Shown: positions 20,536 to 29,759, counted from the first letter of the stretch. The stretch is DNA of 48,532 nt from a virus (IMGVR_UViG_3300020045_008535:1-48532), one strand, 5' to 3'. The notes: generated by a model not told the origin, from the letters alone. Numbers and translations: made by a program.

Positions 20536-20858
20536 TTTTTTTTAACTCTTAGGTTAGCGGGATATTTATCTTTTATATTTAATAATTCTTTTTTTATGAA
20601 TTGTGATACTTTCCTGTAACCCAAATTATCACTAATTGCATCTAACTCATTATATAGCGCCTCACTTACGCCCGTAACTTTTATTGTTTTACCTCTGTTA
20701 TATTTTGAGTTACATTCAATATTGTTTTTAATTAAAAAAACATTGTTGGATGAAATGTTTAAAATTTTACCAATGTTTTTTTGTGATTTACCCTCAAGTA
20801 ATAAAACAAAAACTCTTGCTTTTATTTCCTCGGTTACTGTTGCGTATTTTTTTGCCAT
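20532..20858 (-). CDS. HTH plus ribbon-helix-helix transcriptional regulator
   Basis: GKSQKNIGKILNISSNNV (HTH); TIKVTGVSEALYNELD...VSQFIK (RHH-like). Confidence 0.7.
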   Translation of the reverse strand: MAKKYATVTEEIKARVFVLLLEGKSQKNIGKILNISSNNVFLIKNNIECNSKYNRGKTIKVTGVSEALYNELDAISDNLGYRKVSQFIKKELLNIKDKYPANLRVKKN

Positions 20859-20860
20859 AA

Positions 20861-20880
20861 TATATTTGAGCCCAAATATA
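20861..20880. promoter_or_regulatory. palindromic double -7 promoter or operator
   Basis: TATATTTG-AGCC-CAAATATA gives TAnnTTTG on both strands between divergent genes. Confidence 0.65.
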
Positions 20881-20917
20881 ACAAAATATTTTATTTTAAT
20901 TTATTTTTACAAGCACA

Positions 20918-21931
20918 ATGCCAAAATCAATTTTAATATACGGACAATTCGGACAAGGTTTAGCGACTGAGTTTATTAACTCAATCGATGAGTTGTTAGA
21001 GGAAAATCCAGGTGCTGAGATTGAGGTTCCTATTAACTCAAATGGTGGTGAGGTTGATTATGGTTGGGGAATGATTCATAAGTTTCAGCAATTTCCAAAT
21101 AAAAAATCTATAATTAATCATGGCAAGGCTTTTTCTATGGCCTTGTATTTTAATTGTTATACAGATGATACAAGTTGTTTGGATGTTACTGAATTTTTAT
21201 TGCACCGTGCTGCGTACTCTGAATGGGTTGAGAACGACCCTGAATTATTTAACGAGGATCGTCGCAAGTCTTTAACTCAAATGAATAATAAGTTACGTGC
21301 TGCATTTGAGGCAAAAGTTGACGTTGAAAAGTTTTTGGCGTTAAAGGTGATGAAAGATAAAAATTACACACTTGATGATATTTACTCTTTAGATAACCGA
21401 ATTGACATTCGCTTTACTGCCAAAGAGGCAAAAGCAATTGGCTTGGTAAAAAGCATTGTAACAATTACACCAAAAATTCAATCACAAATTGAGGCAAACT
21501 TTAAGGTTGCCGCTCAATATAACGAGTTTTCAAAAAGCGATAATCAAAATAAAAATAAACCTTTAATAAAAAATAAAATGACAAAAGCAGAATTAAAAGC
21601 CGCACACCCTGAGTTATACGCTGAGATTTTCAACGAAGGAGTTACCGCAGGTGTTACAACAGAGAAAGACCGTGTTGAGGCAATTATGGAGTTTGCAGAG
21701 GTTGACCCTGAACTTGTTAAAACAGTTATTGCAAGCGGAAAAGATTTAACCAAGGCACAAACTAATAATTTGTTGTTAAAGGCTGTTAAAGGCTCTAAGG
21801 TTGATGATATTGCGGCAGATGGAAAAAATGCTATTGTTACAGGTGCAGTAAAAACACCTGAGCAATTAAAAGCAGAAGAGGAAAAAGCGGCAGAGGATAA
21901 ATTCATGTCTGATGTAAAAGCAGGCGTTTAA
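20918..21931 (+). CDS. ClpP-like prohead protease with C-terminal scaffold
   Basis: INSNGGEV, GKAFSMA (Ser), FLLHRA (His), FTAKEAKAIGLV. Confidence 0.9.
   Translation: MPKSILIYGQFGQGLATEFINSIDELLEENPGAEIEVPINSNGGEVDYGWGMIHKFQQFPNKKSIINHGKAFSMALYFNCYTDDTSCLDVTEFLLHRAAYSEWVENDPELFNEDRRKSLTQMNNKLRAAFEAKVDVEKFLALKVMKDKNYTLDDIYSLDNRIDIRFTAKEAKAIGLVKSIVTITPKIQSQIEANFKVAAQYNEFSKSDNQNKNKPLIKNKMTKAELKAAHPELYAEIFNEGVTAGVTTEKDRVEAIMEFAEVDPELVKTVIASGKDLTKAQTNNLLLKAVKGSKVDDIAADGKNAIVTGAVKTPEQLKAEEEKAAEDKFMSDVKAGV
21578..21931 (+). CDS. nested in-frame scaffolding protein (Nu3-like)
   Basis: Internal ATG after an A-rich leader; MTKAELKAAHPELY...EKDRVEAI. Confidence 0.65.
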   Translation: MTKAELKAAHPELYAEIFNEGVTAGVTTEKDRVEAIMEFAEVDPELVKTVIASGKDLTKAQTNNLLLKAVKGSKVDDIAADGKNAIVTGAVKTPEQLKAEEEKAAEDKFMSDVKAGV

Positions 21932-21969
21932 TAAATAAAAAAAAGTATTAACAAAATAATTGAAATAAA

Positions 21970-22416
21970 ATGACACCAAGCAGCTCAATAGCAGTACAAA
22001 CAAACAGCCAATTAACTGTAACGTTTGATACATCAAAAACATTCATTAGAAATAATGATTATAAAAGTGCCGATTATACAAATAATAGCGGTGCGGCTAT
22101 CACTTTAAATGGTGGCGCATTAATGGGGCGTATTGCTGCAACAGGCAAGGTTGTTCCTTTATCAAGCGCATCGACTGACGGTAGCCAATACCCTGTTGGT
22201 ATTTTAGCAACTGATTATTTAGTTGAGAATGGTGCAACTGTAAATGTGCGTTTTTGCAATAAAGGTTCCGTTGTTAAATCAAAAGTATTATTTTCAGTTG
22301 GCGATTCAATGACAACAGTTATTGAGGATAAAACTCTTGAGGATCGTATTGCCTCTGATACTGCTGGCATATTATTAATTGAGTCAACTGAAAATACAGA
22401 GTACGACAACGCATAA
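21970..22416 (+). CDS. head decoration protein (gpD-like)
   Basis: GALMGRI..TGK and DGSQYPVGIL; precedes the capsid gene. Confidence 0.88.
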   Translation: MTPSSSIAVQTNSQLTVTFDTSKTFIRNNDYKSADYTNNSGAAITLNGGALMGRIAATGKVVPLSSASTDGSQYPVGILATDYLVENGATVNVRFCNKGSVVKSKVLFSVGDSMTTVIEDKTLEDRIASDTAGILLIESTENTEYDNA

Positions 22417-22459
22417 TAATTAATTAAAAAAATCACAAACACAAAAAATAAAAAATAAA

Positions 22460-23521
22460 ATGGGACTTATACCAGCATCACAAGCAAGACGATTATTTAA
22501 GCAAGAAACTGTTGCTTTCTTTTCTGACAGACGACCTGTACAGGGATTTTTCCGTAGTTTTTTCAAACAGATTGAAACTGCATCCCGTTTTATCTCTATT
22601 GAGGTAGAGCGTGAAAATGAATCTGTTGCTGTTGATGTGTTACGTAGCACAGGAGGAAACAGAAATAGTTGGGATCGTAAAACTCAAAAAGTTTATGACC
22701 CTGCGGCATACGATGAATTTTTTGACGCAACTGAATTAGATTGTTATGATGATTTATTTGGCGTTGACTCTAATGGCAACATTAGTTCTGTTAATTTTGG
22801 AAAATTCTTAGAGCAAGCAAACAGTAAAATGGAGGGCTTATTTAACAAGATTGACCGTGCTTATGAAATACAAGCAATGCAAGCGTTAGTAAATGGTATT
22901 GTTGTTTTGAAAAATGGCGATAATATTGATTACAAACGTAAGGCCGCTTCATTGGTTGCATATAACGTCGCTCATGATTGGAGTGTAGCAACTGTTGATC
23001 CTAACGATAAAATTAAAGAGGGTTGTGATTTTATTAATGATACGGGTAAAGTTACAAGTAATGTATTTAACGTTATTATGGCGGGTGATGTTTATCAAGC
23101 TTATATAAATAATCCAAAAGTTCAGGCACGTTCTTTACAAGTGCAATGGGGAATGGATGCGTTAGTACCTGCTCAAAAAGACGCAGAGGGTAAAGTTTAT
23201 CACGGAATGATAACTGTTGATAATTATAACTTACGTATTTGGACGGCAAATGGCTCTTATAAACACCCTGATACAGGAGTGCAGACACGTTATATGCCTT
23301 CTAAAAAAATACTTATTTTACCTGAGTTAACAAATAACGTATTAACTTATGGTTTAGTACCTCAGTTAGCAAAGGATGGTGTTCCAGTTAAAAAAGGCAA
23401 GTTTGTTACTTATGAGTACCCTGATGAGCGTAACGCAACGCACGAAATGGGTGTTAAGTCTTGCGGGTTGGCGGTGCCTGTTGCAATTGATCAAGCATAT
23501 ACCGCACAAGTATTATCATAA
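22460..23521 (+). CDS. major capsid protein, lambda gpE family
   Basis: FFRSFF, IDRAYEIQAMQALVNG, IDY, SCGLAVP. Confidence 0.92.
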   Translation: MGLIPASQARRLFKQETVAFFSDRRPVQGFFRSFFKQIETASRFISIEVERENESVAVDVLRSTGGNRNSWDRKTQKVYDPAAYDEFFDATELDCYDDLFGVDSNGNISSVNFGKFLEQANSKMEGLFNKIDRAYEIQAMQALVNGIVVLKNGDNIDYKRKAASLVAYNVAHDWSVATVDPNDKIKEGCDFINDTGKVTSNVFNVIMAGDVYQAYINNPKVQARSLQVQWGMDALVPAQKDAEGKVYHGMITVDNYNLRIWTANGSYKHPDTGVQTRYMPSKKILILPELTNNVLTYGLVPQLAKDGVPVKKGKFVTYEYPDERNATHEMGVKSCGLAVPVAIDQAYTAQVLS

Positions 23522-23537
23522 AATTAAAAAATTAATC

Positions 23538-23560
23538 GGGGGTTAATAGCCCCCACTTTA
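23538..23560 (+). terminator. hairpin after the capsid gene
   Basis: GGGGGTT-AAT-AGCCCCC with a short T tract. Confidence 0.5.
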
Positions 23561-23577
23561 AAACATAAAAAACAACC

Positions 23578-24012
23578 ATGAAAAAAATTATCATTTTATT
23601 AGCTTGCACTTTAACGTTTAGCGTTTTATCTGCACAATCTGATTCAACACGTTTTAAAACTAAAACAACCGAGAGCAACACTTATCGTGTGTTAACTCTA
23701 AGTTCAACAACTGTTACGCCTGTAACTGCAACTGTTACAATTCCAGCATTAACAAAATTTACTAATTACGTTGCCGTTGCGACAACCTCATTGAGCCCAA
23801 CATTTACCGCTAATGTTTCGAGTTCTTACTATGGCGACCAGATGAATTTATTTGTTAAGGCTAATGCGACAGGAACTAGAACAATAACATTAGGCACCAA
23901 TTTAATTGGTACGGCCACAACGCAAACAGTTGCTGCATCTAAAAAAGCATTATTTACGTTTATTTTTGACGGATCTAAATGGGTTGAAACTGCAAGGTGC
24001 GTTGAACCATAA
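23578..24012 (+). CDS. signal-peptide-bearing Thr-rich beta protein
   Basis: MKKIIILLACTLTFSVLSA|Q signal; C-terminal FIFDGSKWVE. Confidence 0.75.
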   Translation: MKKIIILLACTLTFSVLSAQSDSTRFKTKTTESNTYRVLTLSSTTVTPVTATVTIPALTKFTNYVAVATTSLSPTFTANVSSSYYGDQMNLFVKANATGTRTITLGTNLIGTATTQTVAASKKALFTFIFDGSKWVETARCVEP

Positions 24013-24046
24013 TAATTAATTAGTATTAATTTTAATTTATATAACA

Positions 24047-24337
24047 ATGAGCAAAAATATTATTTATGTATGTGCTGTTTTACAGTTACAAGGACTTAGA
24101 AAAAAACCATTTGAGTCAGGTGAAGTTGTAGTTGCGGAGAATTTTCCTGCTGGACACTTTGAGAAATTAATTGCAAGCGGCCATATTACACCAAAAGAGG
24201 TTGATACAACTGAGGCGGACAAAGCCGCAGCAGAGGCAGCAGCGTTAGCAGAAAAAGAGGCCGCAGATAAAGCAGCGGCAGAGGCAGAGGCAGCAGCGTT
24301 AGAGCTTGCAGAGGGAAAAGGAAAACCAAAAAAATAA
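24047..24337 (+). CDS. small head-associated protein with Ala/Glu repeats
   Basis: LIASGHI followed by two ADKAAAEA repeats. Confidence 0.7.
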   Translation: MSKNIIYVCAVLQLQGLRKKPFESGEVVVAENFPAGHFEKLIASGHITPKEVDTTEADKAAAEAAALAEKEAADKAAAEAEAAALELAEGKGKPKK

Positions 24338-24357
24338 AACTTTCACAATAAAACAAC

Positions 24358-24396
24358 AAAAGGGCTATTAATTAAAATTTGATAGCCCTTTTTTTA
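24358..24396 (+). terminator. intrinsic terminator
   Basis: AAAAGGGCTATTAA...TTGATAGCCCTTTTTTT. Confidence 0.8.
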
Positions 24397-24400
24397 GCAA

Positions 24401-24778
24401 ATGGGGTTAATAGATCAAATAAAAAAAGTTTCCGAACTTGTTACAATGAACGGCGGTGGTGATGGTTGGGGCGTTAGTCAAAATTGGACTAGTCCAACAG
24501 GCCAACAAGTAACCATTGTTGGTTTGCACGTTAAACACCACATGGGGTTTGATGCTGATGGAAATGTTGTTAACTCAAAAACTGCAAGCGTTACGTTTAG
24601 CGAAAAGGCAATGATTGATGCAGCTTATAGCATTAGGGTTAACAGCGAAGTGAATTTAGATAAACATAAAGTGTCTGTAAAAGATAGCACGGGAAACATT
24701 TATAACTATATGGTTAAAACATGGCTTCCAGATGAAACATTGGGTTTAATAACCTGTATATTATCAGCGTATGAGTAG
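24401..24778 (+). CDS. head closure protein (gpFII-like)
   Basis: Position, beta-rich composition, PDETLGLITCIL end. Confidence 0.6.
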   Translation: MGLIDQIKKVSELVTMNGGGDGWGVSQNWTSPTGQQVTIVGLHVKHHMGFDADGNVVNSKTASVTFSEKAMIDAAYSIRVNSEVNLDKHKVSVKDSTGNIYNYMVKTWLPDETLGLITCILSAYE

Positions 24779-25379
24779 AATTAATCATATAATACAGCCA
24801 CGGGCGTTTGAGTACATACGTGACCGTATTGGAAGTATATTAGCGGATGAGTTAAATAATCAATTTACAACTTTTGGCGTACCTGAGGCAAAAACAATTG
24901 TTACTGTTGAGGGCGACAAGGTAGTAGACAGCACCGAGATGTCAACTGTATTAGTTGCATTAAGTAAAGTGCCATTTGATAACGCTCATGCGGGAGAAGC
25001 AAGAGGAAGGCATTCATTTAACGTTGATTGTTTTAGTAGAGCAAAGTCAACAGATGCCGTCGATGGCGCCATATTGGCCTCATTTAAAGCACAACGGTTA
25101 ATTGGTTTATGTTATGCTATTTTAAAAGATGCAGCATACGACACGTTAGGTTATGCGCCAGGCTTTATACAAAATGTTACAATAACTAATATTGGAGTTG
25201 GCGATCCAAGCGATAAAGATGCAATGTGTACTGTAATGGCTAGAATGGTTATTGAGGTAACGGCAAACGAGACAACGCAATTATTTACACCAACTTTAAT
25301 AACTGGCTATCAAACAACAATACTTGTTGGAGGTAGTACAACGGCAGGATATCAATATAATCCTTTAACAACAGCATAA
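24771..25379 (+). CDS. tail terminator / neck protein
   Basis: FEYIRDRIGSILADE start; position after head closure gene. Confidence 0.6.
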   Translation: MSRINHIIQPRAFEYIRDRIGSILADELNNQFTTFGVPEAKTIVTVEGDKVVDSTEMSTVLVALSKVPFDNAHAGEARGRHSFNVDCFSRAKSTDAVDGAILASFKAQRLIGLCYAILKDAAYDTLGYAPGFIQNVTITNIGVGDPSDKDAMCTVMARMVIEVTANETTQLFTPTLITGYQTTILVGGSTTAGYQYNPLTTA

Positions 25380-27406
25380 TGGCAGCAAAAAATAAAGTAA
25401 ATATTACTTCGGATATAGTAGCAGAAATTAGGTCGGGAAATAGCGACACAACGGCATTGGGTTTAAGAACTATTTTATATGAAATTTTAGATTCTTATGC
25501 TAATGTAAAAGATGGGGGATTATTATATGAAACGGCTGTTGGTTATAACGGCTTGCTAACATTAACAGACCCTAAAAGTTTTGTTTATAAACAATGGGTT
25601 GAAGATTACGTTTCAAGTAATGTGGGTTTGCCTTTTGTATTAGCAAATAATAACAAAACAGGTGAAAATATTATTCTTAGCGACGATAGCAATTCTGTTG
25701 TAGCAATTTTAAATGGAGAAATATCATTATCATATACAGGAACAACAATAACCTCATCTCTTGTATTAAACGAGGGTTTTGGTGGCTTGTACAACTCTAT
25801 TGGTGGTTTTATGACTTCTGATTACCCAACCACTTACCCAAATATTTTTCAAGTTACTACCGCCGAAAATATAATTAAGCATGGTGCTAGAAATAAATTT
25901 AGTTCATCTGAAAATTTATTTGATGTTGGTGGCATTTATTTTGTTTCAAACATTGGAATTGACACAACTGTAACTGCGGGTTCAGATGTATTAAATATTG
26001 GCGCAACAAATGCTAACGTGATTAATTATGGTAATGCATCTACTATACATAATTTTTTAGGAACTGCGATTTATGAATTGCAGGTTAATAGTTATGTTAC
26101 TGATAAATTAATTACTTTAAATTATGGAGGATCAACTTCAAGTGGCATTGGAGTTGGTTTTGAAATTGAAGAAAATAATACTATTACAGGTTTTTTTAAA
26201 ACAAATGCCGCACGTAATGGGTATAGTATGCAAACGCCAGCTATAAACCATACTGCTAATTTATTACTTGACTTATTAACGTCTGACAAAACATTTAGTT
26301 TTCCTGATAATGGTGGTACATTAGCAATAGAGCCTTATGTTGATGCTAAAGTTGGAGATATTATAGTTGATGGTGTTACTAATGTTGCACCTAGTCAGAA
26401 TGCAGTATTTGATGCTTTAGCCTTGAAAGCTGATATAGGATTAGGAACCACACCTCTTGAACCTGTAATTTCACAAATAAATACCCCCGTAGGAAGTCCA
26501 GCGACAGGTGATAGATATTTAGTAGGAACGGCACCAACTGGCGCCTTTGTTGGTAGTTCAAATAAAATTGCGATTTGGGGGGGGGCTTCATATTCTTATA
26601 TTACGCCAATAACTAACAATACTATTTATGTAACTGCGACATTAACAACATTAAAATATGATGGCTCTGGTTGGGTAGCTTTTCAAGGCACCGCAATACT
26701 TCAAAATGGAAATTCTTTAGGTGTATCTTTAAACATTGGAACAAATGATAACTTTGACGTAAACTTAAAAAGGAATAATGTTACACAGTGGAGCATAAAT
26801 TCATCTGGTTGGTTAGTAAGAACAGTAGGAGGAAAATCAACTTCATTAAATGATGGTTTTGCAAATTTTACAGATAGCTCAACTGCTGGAACTCCAGGAA
26901 TACAAGCTATTCAAACTACTACCTTAAATAGGTTTGCTCAATTTTTAAGAGTTGGGTCTACTGGTGTTGGAAATTTTACAGGAACTAGCATTGCAAGTAA
27001 CGATTGCTTACTTGTAAGTAATGGAGGAACAAGTGCAAATCCTTACCCCGTGTTTACTAGGGGTTCTATTTTATATAATATTTCAGGGCATACGGCTACA
27101 AATATAGGAACAAGGTTAGATACTGTTGGGTTAAGGGTAGGCGCTTTAAATACACTACATACATCAAATACAAATGTTTTTGATGTTAGAGGTAAATTTC
27201 ACCACGATACAAATGACAACGTTGTTGTTGGTTCTGCCGCATTAGCTACAACGGCAACAGATGGATTCTTTTATATACCAACTTGCGCAGGAATACCAAC
27301 GGGAGTTCCAACGGCAAAAACAGGGCGTGTTCCGATGATGTATGATTCAACTAATAACAAGTTTTATATATATAATGGTGCATGGAAATCTGTTGCTTTA
27401 ATTTAG
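25379..27406 (+). CDS. long fibre-like virion protein (mosaic, with DUF2793-like segment)
   Basis: APSQNAVFDALALK, P.TGDRYLV..PTGAF, QNGNSLG...IGTNDN, YDSTNNKFYIYNGAWK. Confidence 0.75.
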   Translation: MAAKNKVNITSDIVAEIRSGNSDTTALGLRTILYEILDSYANVKDGGLLYETAVGYNGLLTLTDPKSFVYKQWVEDYVSSNVGLPFVLANNNKTGENIILSDDSNSVVAILNGEISLSYTGTTITSSLVLNEGFGGLYNSIGGFMTSDYPTTYPNIFQVTTAENIIKHGARNKFSSSENLFDVGGIYFVSNIGIDTTVTAGSDVLNIGATNANVINYGNASTIHNFLGTAIYELQVNSYVTDKLITLNYGGSTSSGIGVGFEIEENNTITGFFKTNAARNGYSMQTPAINHTANLLLDLLTSDKTFSFPDNGGTLAIEPYVDAKVGDIIVDGVTNVAPSQNAVFDALALKADIGLGTTPLEPVISQINTPVGSPATGDRYLVGTAPTGAFVGSSNKIAIWGGASYSYITPITNNTIYVTATLTTLKYDGSGWVAFQGTAILQNGNSLGVSLNIGTNDNFDVNLKRNNVTQWSINSSGWLVRTVGGKSTSLNDGFANFTDSSTAGTPGIQAIQTTTLNRFAQFLRVGSTGVGNFTGTSIASNDCLLVSNGGTSANPYPVFTRGSILYNISGHTATNIGTRLDTVGLRVGALNTLHTSNTNVFDVRGKFHHDTNDNVVVGSAALATTATDGFFYIPTCAGIPTGVPTAKTGRVPMMYDSTNNKFYIYNGAWKSVALI

Positions 27407-27446
27407 TATATTAAATAATAATAATTATATTTATAAAAAAAACAAA

Positions 27447-27647
27447 ATGGCGAAAACTCAAGCAAAAACAGATTTAGAAAAAGCAAAAGAATTAATTGCT
27501 AAAACAGAAAAAGAAAATGCGGATAAGTGTATTGAAATATATAATACAGCTTTAAAACAAATTAATGAATTAGGTTTTACTTTTGTTCCTGCTGGTGAAT
27601 TTATGGGCGATAAGGCTTTAACAAAAATGGTTTTAATTAAAAAATAA
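27447..27647 (+). CDS. hypothetical protein (possible fibre chaperone)
   Basis: Small helical ORF after the fibre gene. Confidence 0.6.
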   Translation: MAKTQAKTDLEKAKELIAKTEKENADKCIEIYNTALKQINELGFTFVPAGEFMGDKALTKMVLIKK

Positions 27648-27662
27648 TAGTACTTTAATTTT

Positions 27663-28001
27663 ATGGCTGAAAAACAGGCTATTAGTTCAAATTTTTATAT
27701 GCAAGTGCTAACAATAGGAAGCATTGCGGTAAGTTCAATTTTTGGTTTTAGGTACATGGTTACAGAGATGAAAGATGCTGCACGTAATGAAATAAAACCA
27801 ATTGTTGAGCGTGTAATTATATTAGAGGAAGCCTGTAAAACACATGGAATTTTAATTGCTGATAATTCCGAGCAAGTTCGAGCGGTTACGGTTAGTTTAA
27901 ATAACTTTTTAGATTATTATACTAGAATGTACCATAAAGAATTTTTAAGGCCTTACGATGTAACTCAAACAACAGAATACTATAAACGTAAACGTAAATG
28001 A
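27663..28001 (+). CDS. single-TM protein in lysis region (holin/antiholin-like)
   Basis: N-terminal TM plus coiled coil; upstream of the endolysin candidate. Confidence 0.55.
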   Translation: MAEKQAISSNFYMQVLTIGSIAVSSIFGFRYMVTEMKDAARNEIKPIVERVIILEEACKTHGILIADNSEQVRAVTVSLNNFLDYYTRMYHKEFLRPYDVTQTTEYYKRKRK

Positions 28002-28540
28002 AAAACGAATTACATATTATCCAAAAAAGAAATTTATTTAGTAACACCACAACAATAAGTGATGTTGAGATTGATGGTAATTTTATTTGTTATTTTTTAG
28101 AAGATAAAGACCGTGGATTAAACAATTCTATGGAATTATCGCAAGTTGAAAAAATAAAAGTAAAAAAAGAAACCTGCATTGGTTATGGTAGTTACGAAAT
28201 CGATATTACGTTATCTGAACGTTTTGGTATTTGGTTGCCATTATTATTAAATACAGTTGGTTTCGGTGGCATTAGACAGCACAAGGGGAATTTTGCTGGC
28301 GACACAGAGGGATGTCAATTGCCAGGAAATAAAAAAGGTGTTGATGCTGTTAGTAATTCGACTGGCGCTTTTTATAAATTATTATTTATTTATTTAAATC
28401 ACTTAACTCTTAATACGGCAATTGCTCAACAATTAGTTGAGTTACATAAAAAAGGCATTTCAGGATCAAAAAAGTTTGGGGAATTATTTACAAAAAATAG
28501 AGTTGCAGGTCAAAAAATATTCATAACAATAACAAAATAA
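27998..28540 (+). CDS. DUF5675-like L,D-peptidase-fold protein, putative endolysin
   Basis: CYFLED.DR and GIRQHKGN...DTEGC (His/Cys); lysis cassette position. Confidence 0.75.
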   Translation: MKNELHIIQKRNLFSNTTTISDVEIDGNFICYFLEDKDRGLNNSMELSQVEKIKVKKETCIGYGSYEIDITLSERFGIWLPLLLNTVGFGGIRQHKGNFAGDTEGCQLPGNKKGVDAVSNSTGAFYKLLFIYLNHLTLNTAIAQQLVELHKKGISGSKKFGELFTKNRVAGQKIFITITK

Positions 28541-28543
28541 AAA

Positions 28544-28846
28544 ATGGGTTGGACAAAAGATATCTGGGACAGTTTTAAAAACAATACCGATGGTTTAAGT
28601 GGCCGTAAATTGGCAGCATTTTGGTCAATTACCATTGTTGCAACCTGTGTAACAATGGGAATTGTTTACATGGTTTATAAAAGAAACGAAAATGATGTTT
28701 TAATTTATTTGCTTTATGCTTTATTCGCATGGTTAATTTTTGGATCTGTATGTTTGGGACTTGTGACAATACCTGAGTTAATTAAGTTTTTAGCAGAGTT
28801 AAAAAATGGAAAACCAAAAGATGATAAAAATGAGCCAAATAGTTAA
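28544..28846 (+). CDS. putative holin
   Basis: Two TM segments, SGRKL, charged C-terminus. Confidence 0.65.
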   Translation: MGWTKDIWDSFKNNTDGLSGRKLAAFWSITIVATCVTMGIVYMVYKRNENDVLIYLLYALFAWLIFGSVCLGLVTIPELIKFLAELKNGKPKDDKNEPNS

Positions 28847-29468
28847 ATATACGTTAATATTAATTGCAGGGCTTATCTTAGGCGCATTATTGTTTTCGCA
28901 ATGTAATGTGAGCCAACAACAACAACAATCCGAGGTTGGCACCGAGTTAAAAAAGCAATACGAGGGGTTACAAAGTGAATACCTTAAATTGCAAGGTAGT
29001 AACGAGAAAATAAACAATGAATTAAAATTACAAGTTGTTAAAACAGAAGAGGCAAACAATAAACTTGCTATTGAGCATAAAAAATATGTTGCCGCCTATA
29101 CAAAAGGGCGTGGGGCTATTATAAACAACCCTAACAACGATTCGTTGCATTTGGCGGCTTACGATACACTAAACGCAAATTGTGAGCGTGTACAGGCACG
29201 GGATAAAAACGTGTTAGATCAATGCAATTATTTAACGGGTATTATGCAAAAAAAAATAAATAACCAAGATAGCACAATAACAAACGGAAATGGAGTTATT
29301 GCCTTGGATAAAATAGCAATTGCATCAACTCGGGACAGTTTGGCAACTGCTAAATCAGAGATAAGAGGTAACAAAAAAAAGGTTGTTAAAGCCTTTTTTA
29401 TAGGCGTGGGCGTTGGTGTTGCTGCAAGGGAGGCTGTCAATGTTGGGATTAAACTCTTTGGTAAATAA
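28830..29468 (+). CDS. putative spanin
   Basis: N-terminal hydrophobic segment ending FSQC, long coiled coil, C-terminal hydrophobic segment. Confidence 0.55.
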   Translation: MSQIVKYTLILIAGLILGALLFSQCNVSQQQQQSEVGTELKKQYEGLQSEYLKLQGSNEKINNELKLQVVKTEEANNKLAIEHKKYVAAYTKGRGAIINNPNNDSLHLAAYDTLNANCERVQARDKNVLDQCNYLTGIMQKKINNQDSTITNGNGVIALDKIAIASTRDSLATAKSEIRGNKKKVVKAFFIGVGVGVAAREAVNVGIKLFGK

Positions 29469-29487
29469 ACCCTTAATCCACCAATAA

Positions 29488-29524
29488 AATATAACCCTTT
29501 TTTAATAAGAGGGTTATTTTTTTT
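29488..29524 (+). terminator. terminator ending the late region
   Basis: ATAACCCTTTT-TTAAT-AAGAGGGTTAT followed by a T tract. Confidence 0.8.
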
Positions 29525-29533
29525 GCCTCTAAT

Positions 29534-29630
29534 AATCAACAACTTACATTTATTTTGCGGCAACTTGTGGCAAAATGTGTTGAGGTATAAAAATAAGTAG
29601 TATATTTGTGTATAATTTAAAACTTACCAC
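29534..29630 (+). promoter_or_regulatory. early promoter 1 (IHF-like site, phased TTGYGG boxes, TATATTTG, AAACTTACCAC leader)
   Basis: Architecture shared with the 34928 and 40917 regions. Confidence 0.75.
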
Positions 29631-29756
29631 ATGAAAAACATAAAGCACAACTCAAACGTAAGACACGCTATTTCTGAGGCGTTAAGTAAAAAAGAGCAAA
29701 AAAAACTTTGGCAGCACGTAGAAAACAGAATGAATAAAAAATTTACTAATAAATAA
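29631..29756 (+). CDS. 41 aa hypothetical protein
   Basis: ATG directly after the conserved AAACTTACCAC leader; below the ORF-track cutoff. Confidence 0.6.
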   Translation: MKNIKHNSNVRHAISEALSKKEQKKLWQHVENRMNKKFTNK

Positions 29757-29759
29757 GCC

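Noticed and set aside
24212-24303. Tandem DNA repeat as a separate element
   Set aside because: Explained by the Ala/Glu-rich coding repeat
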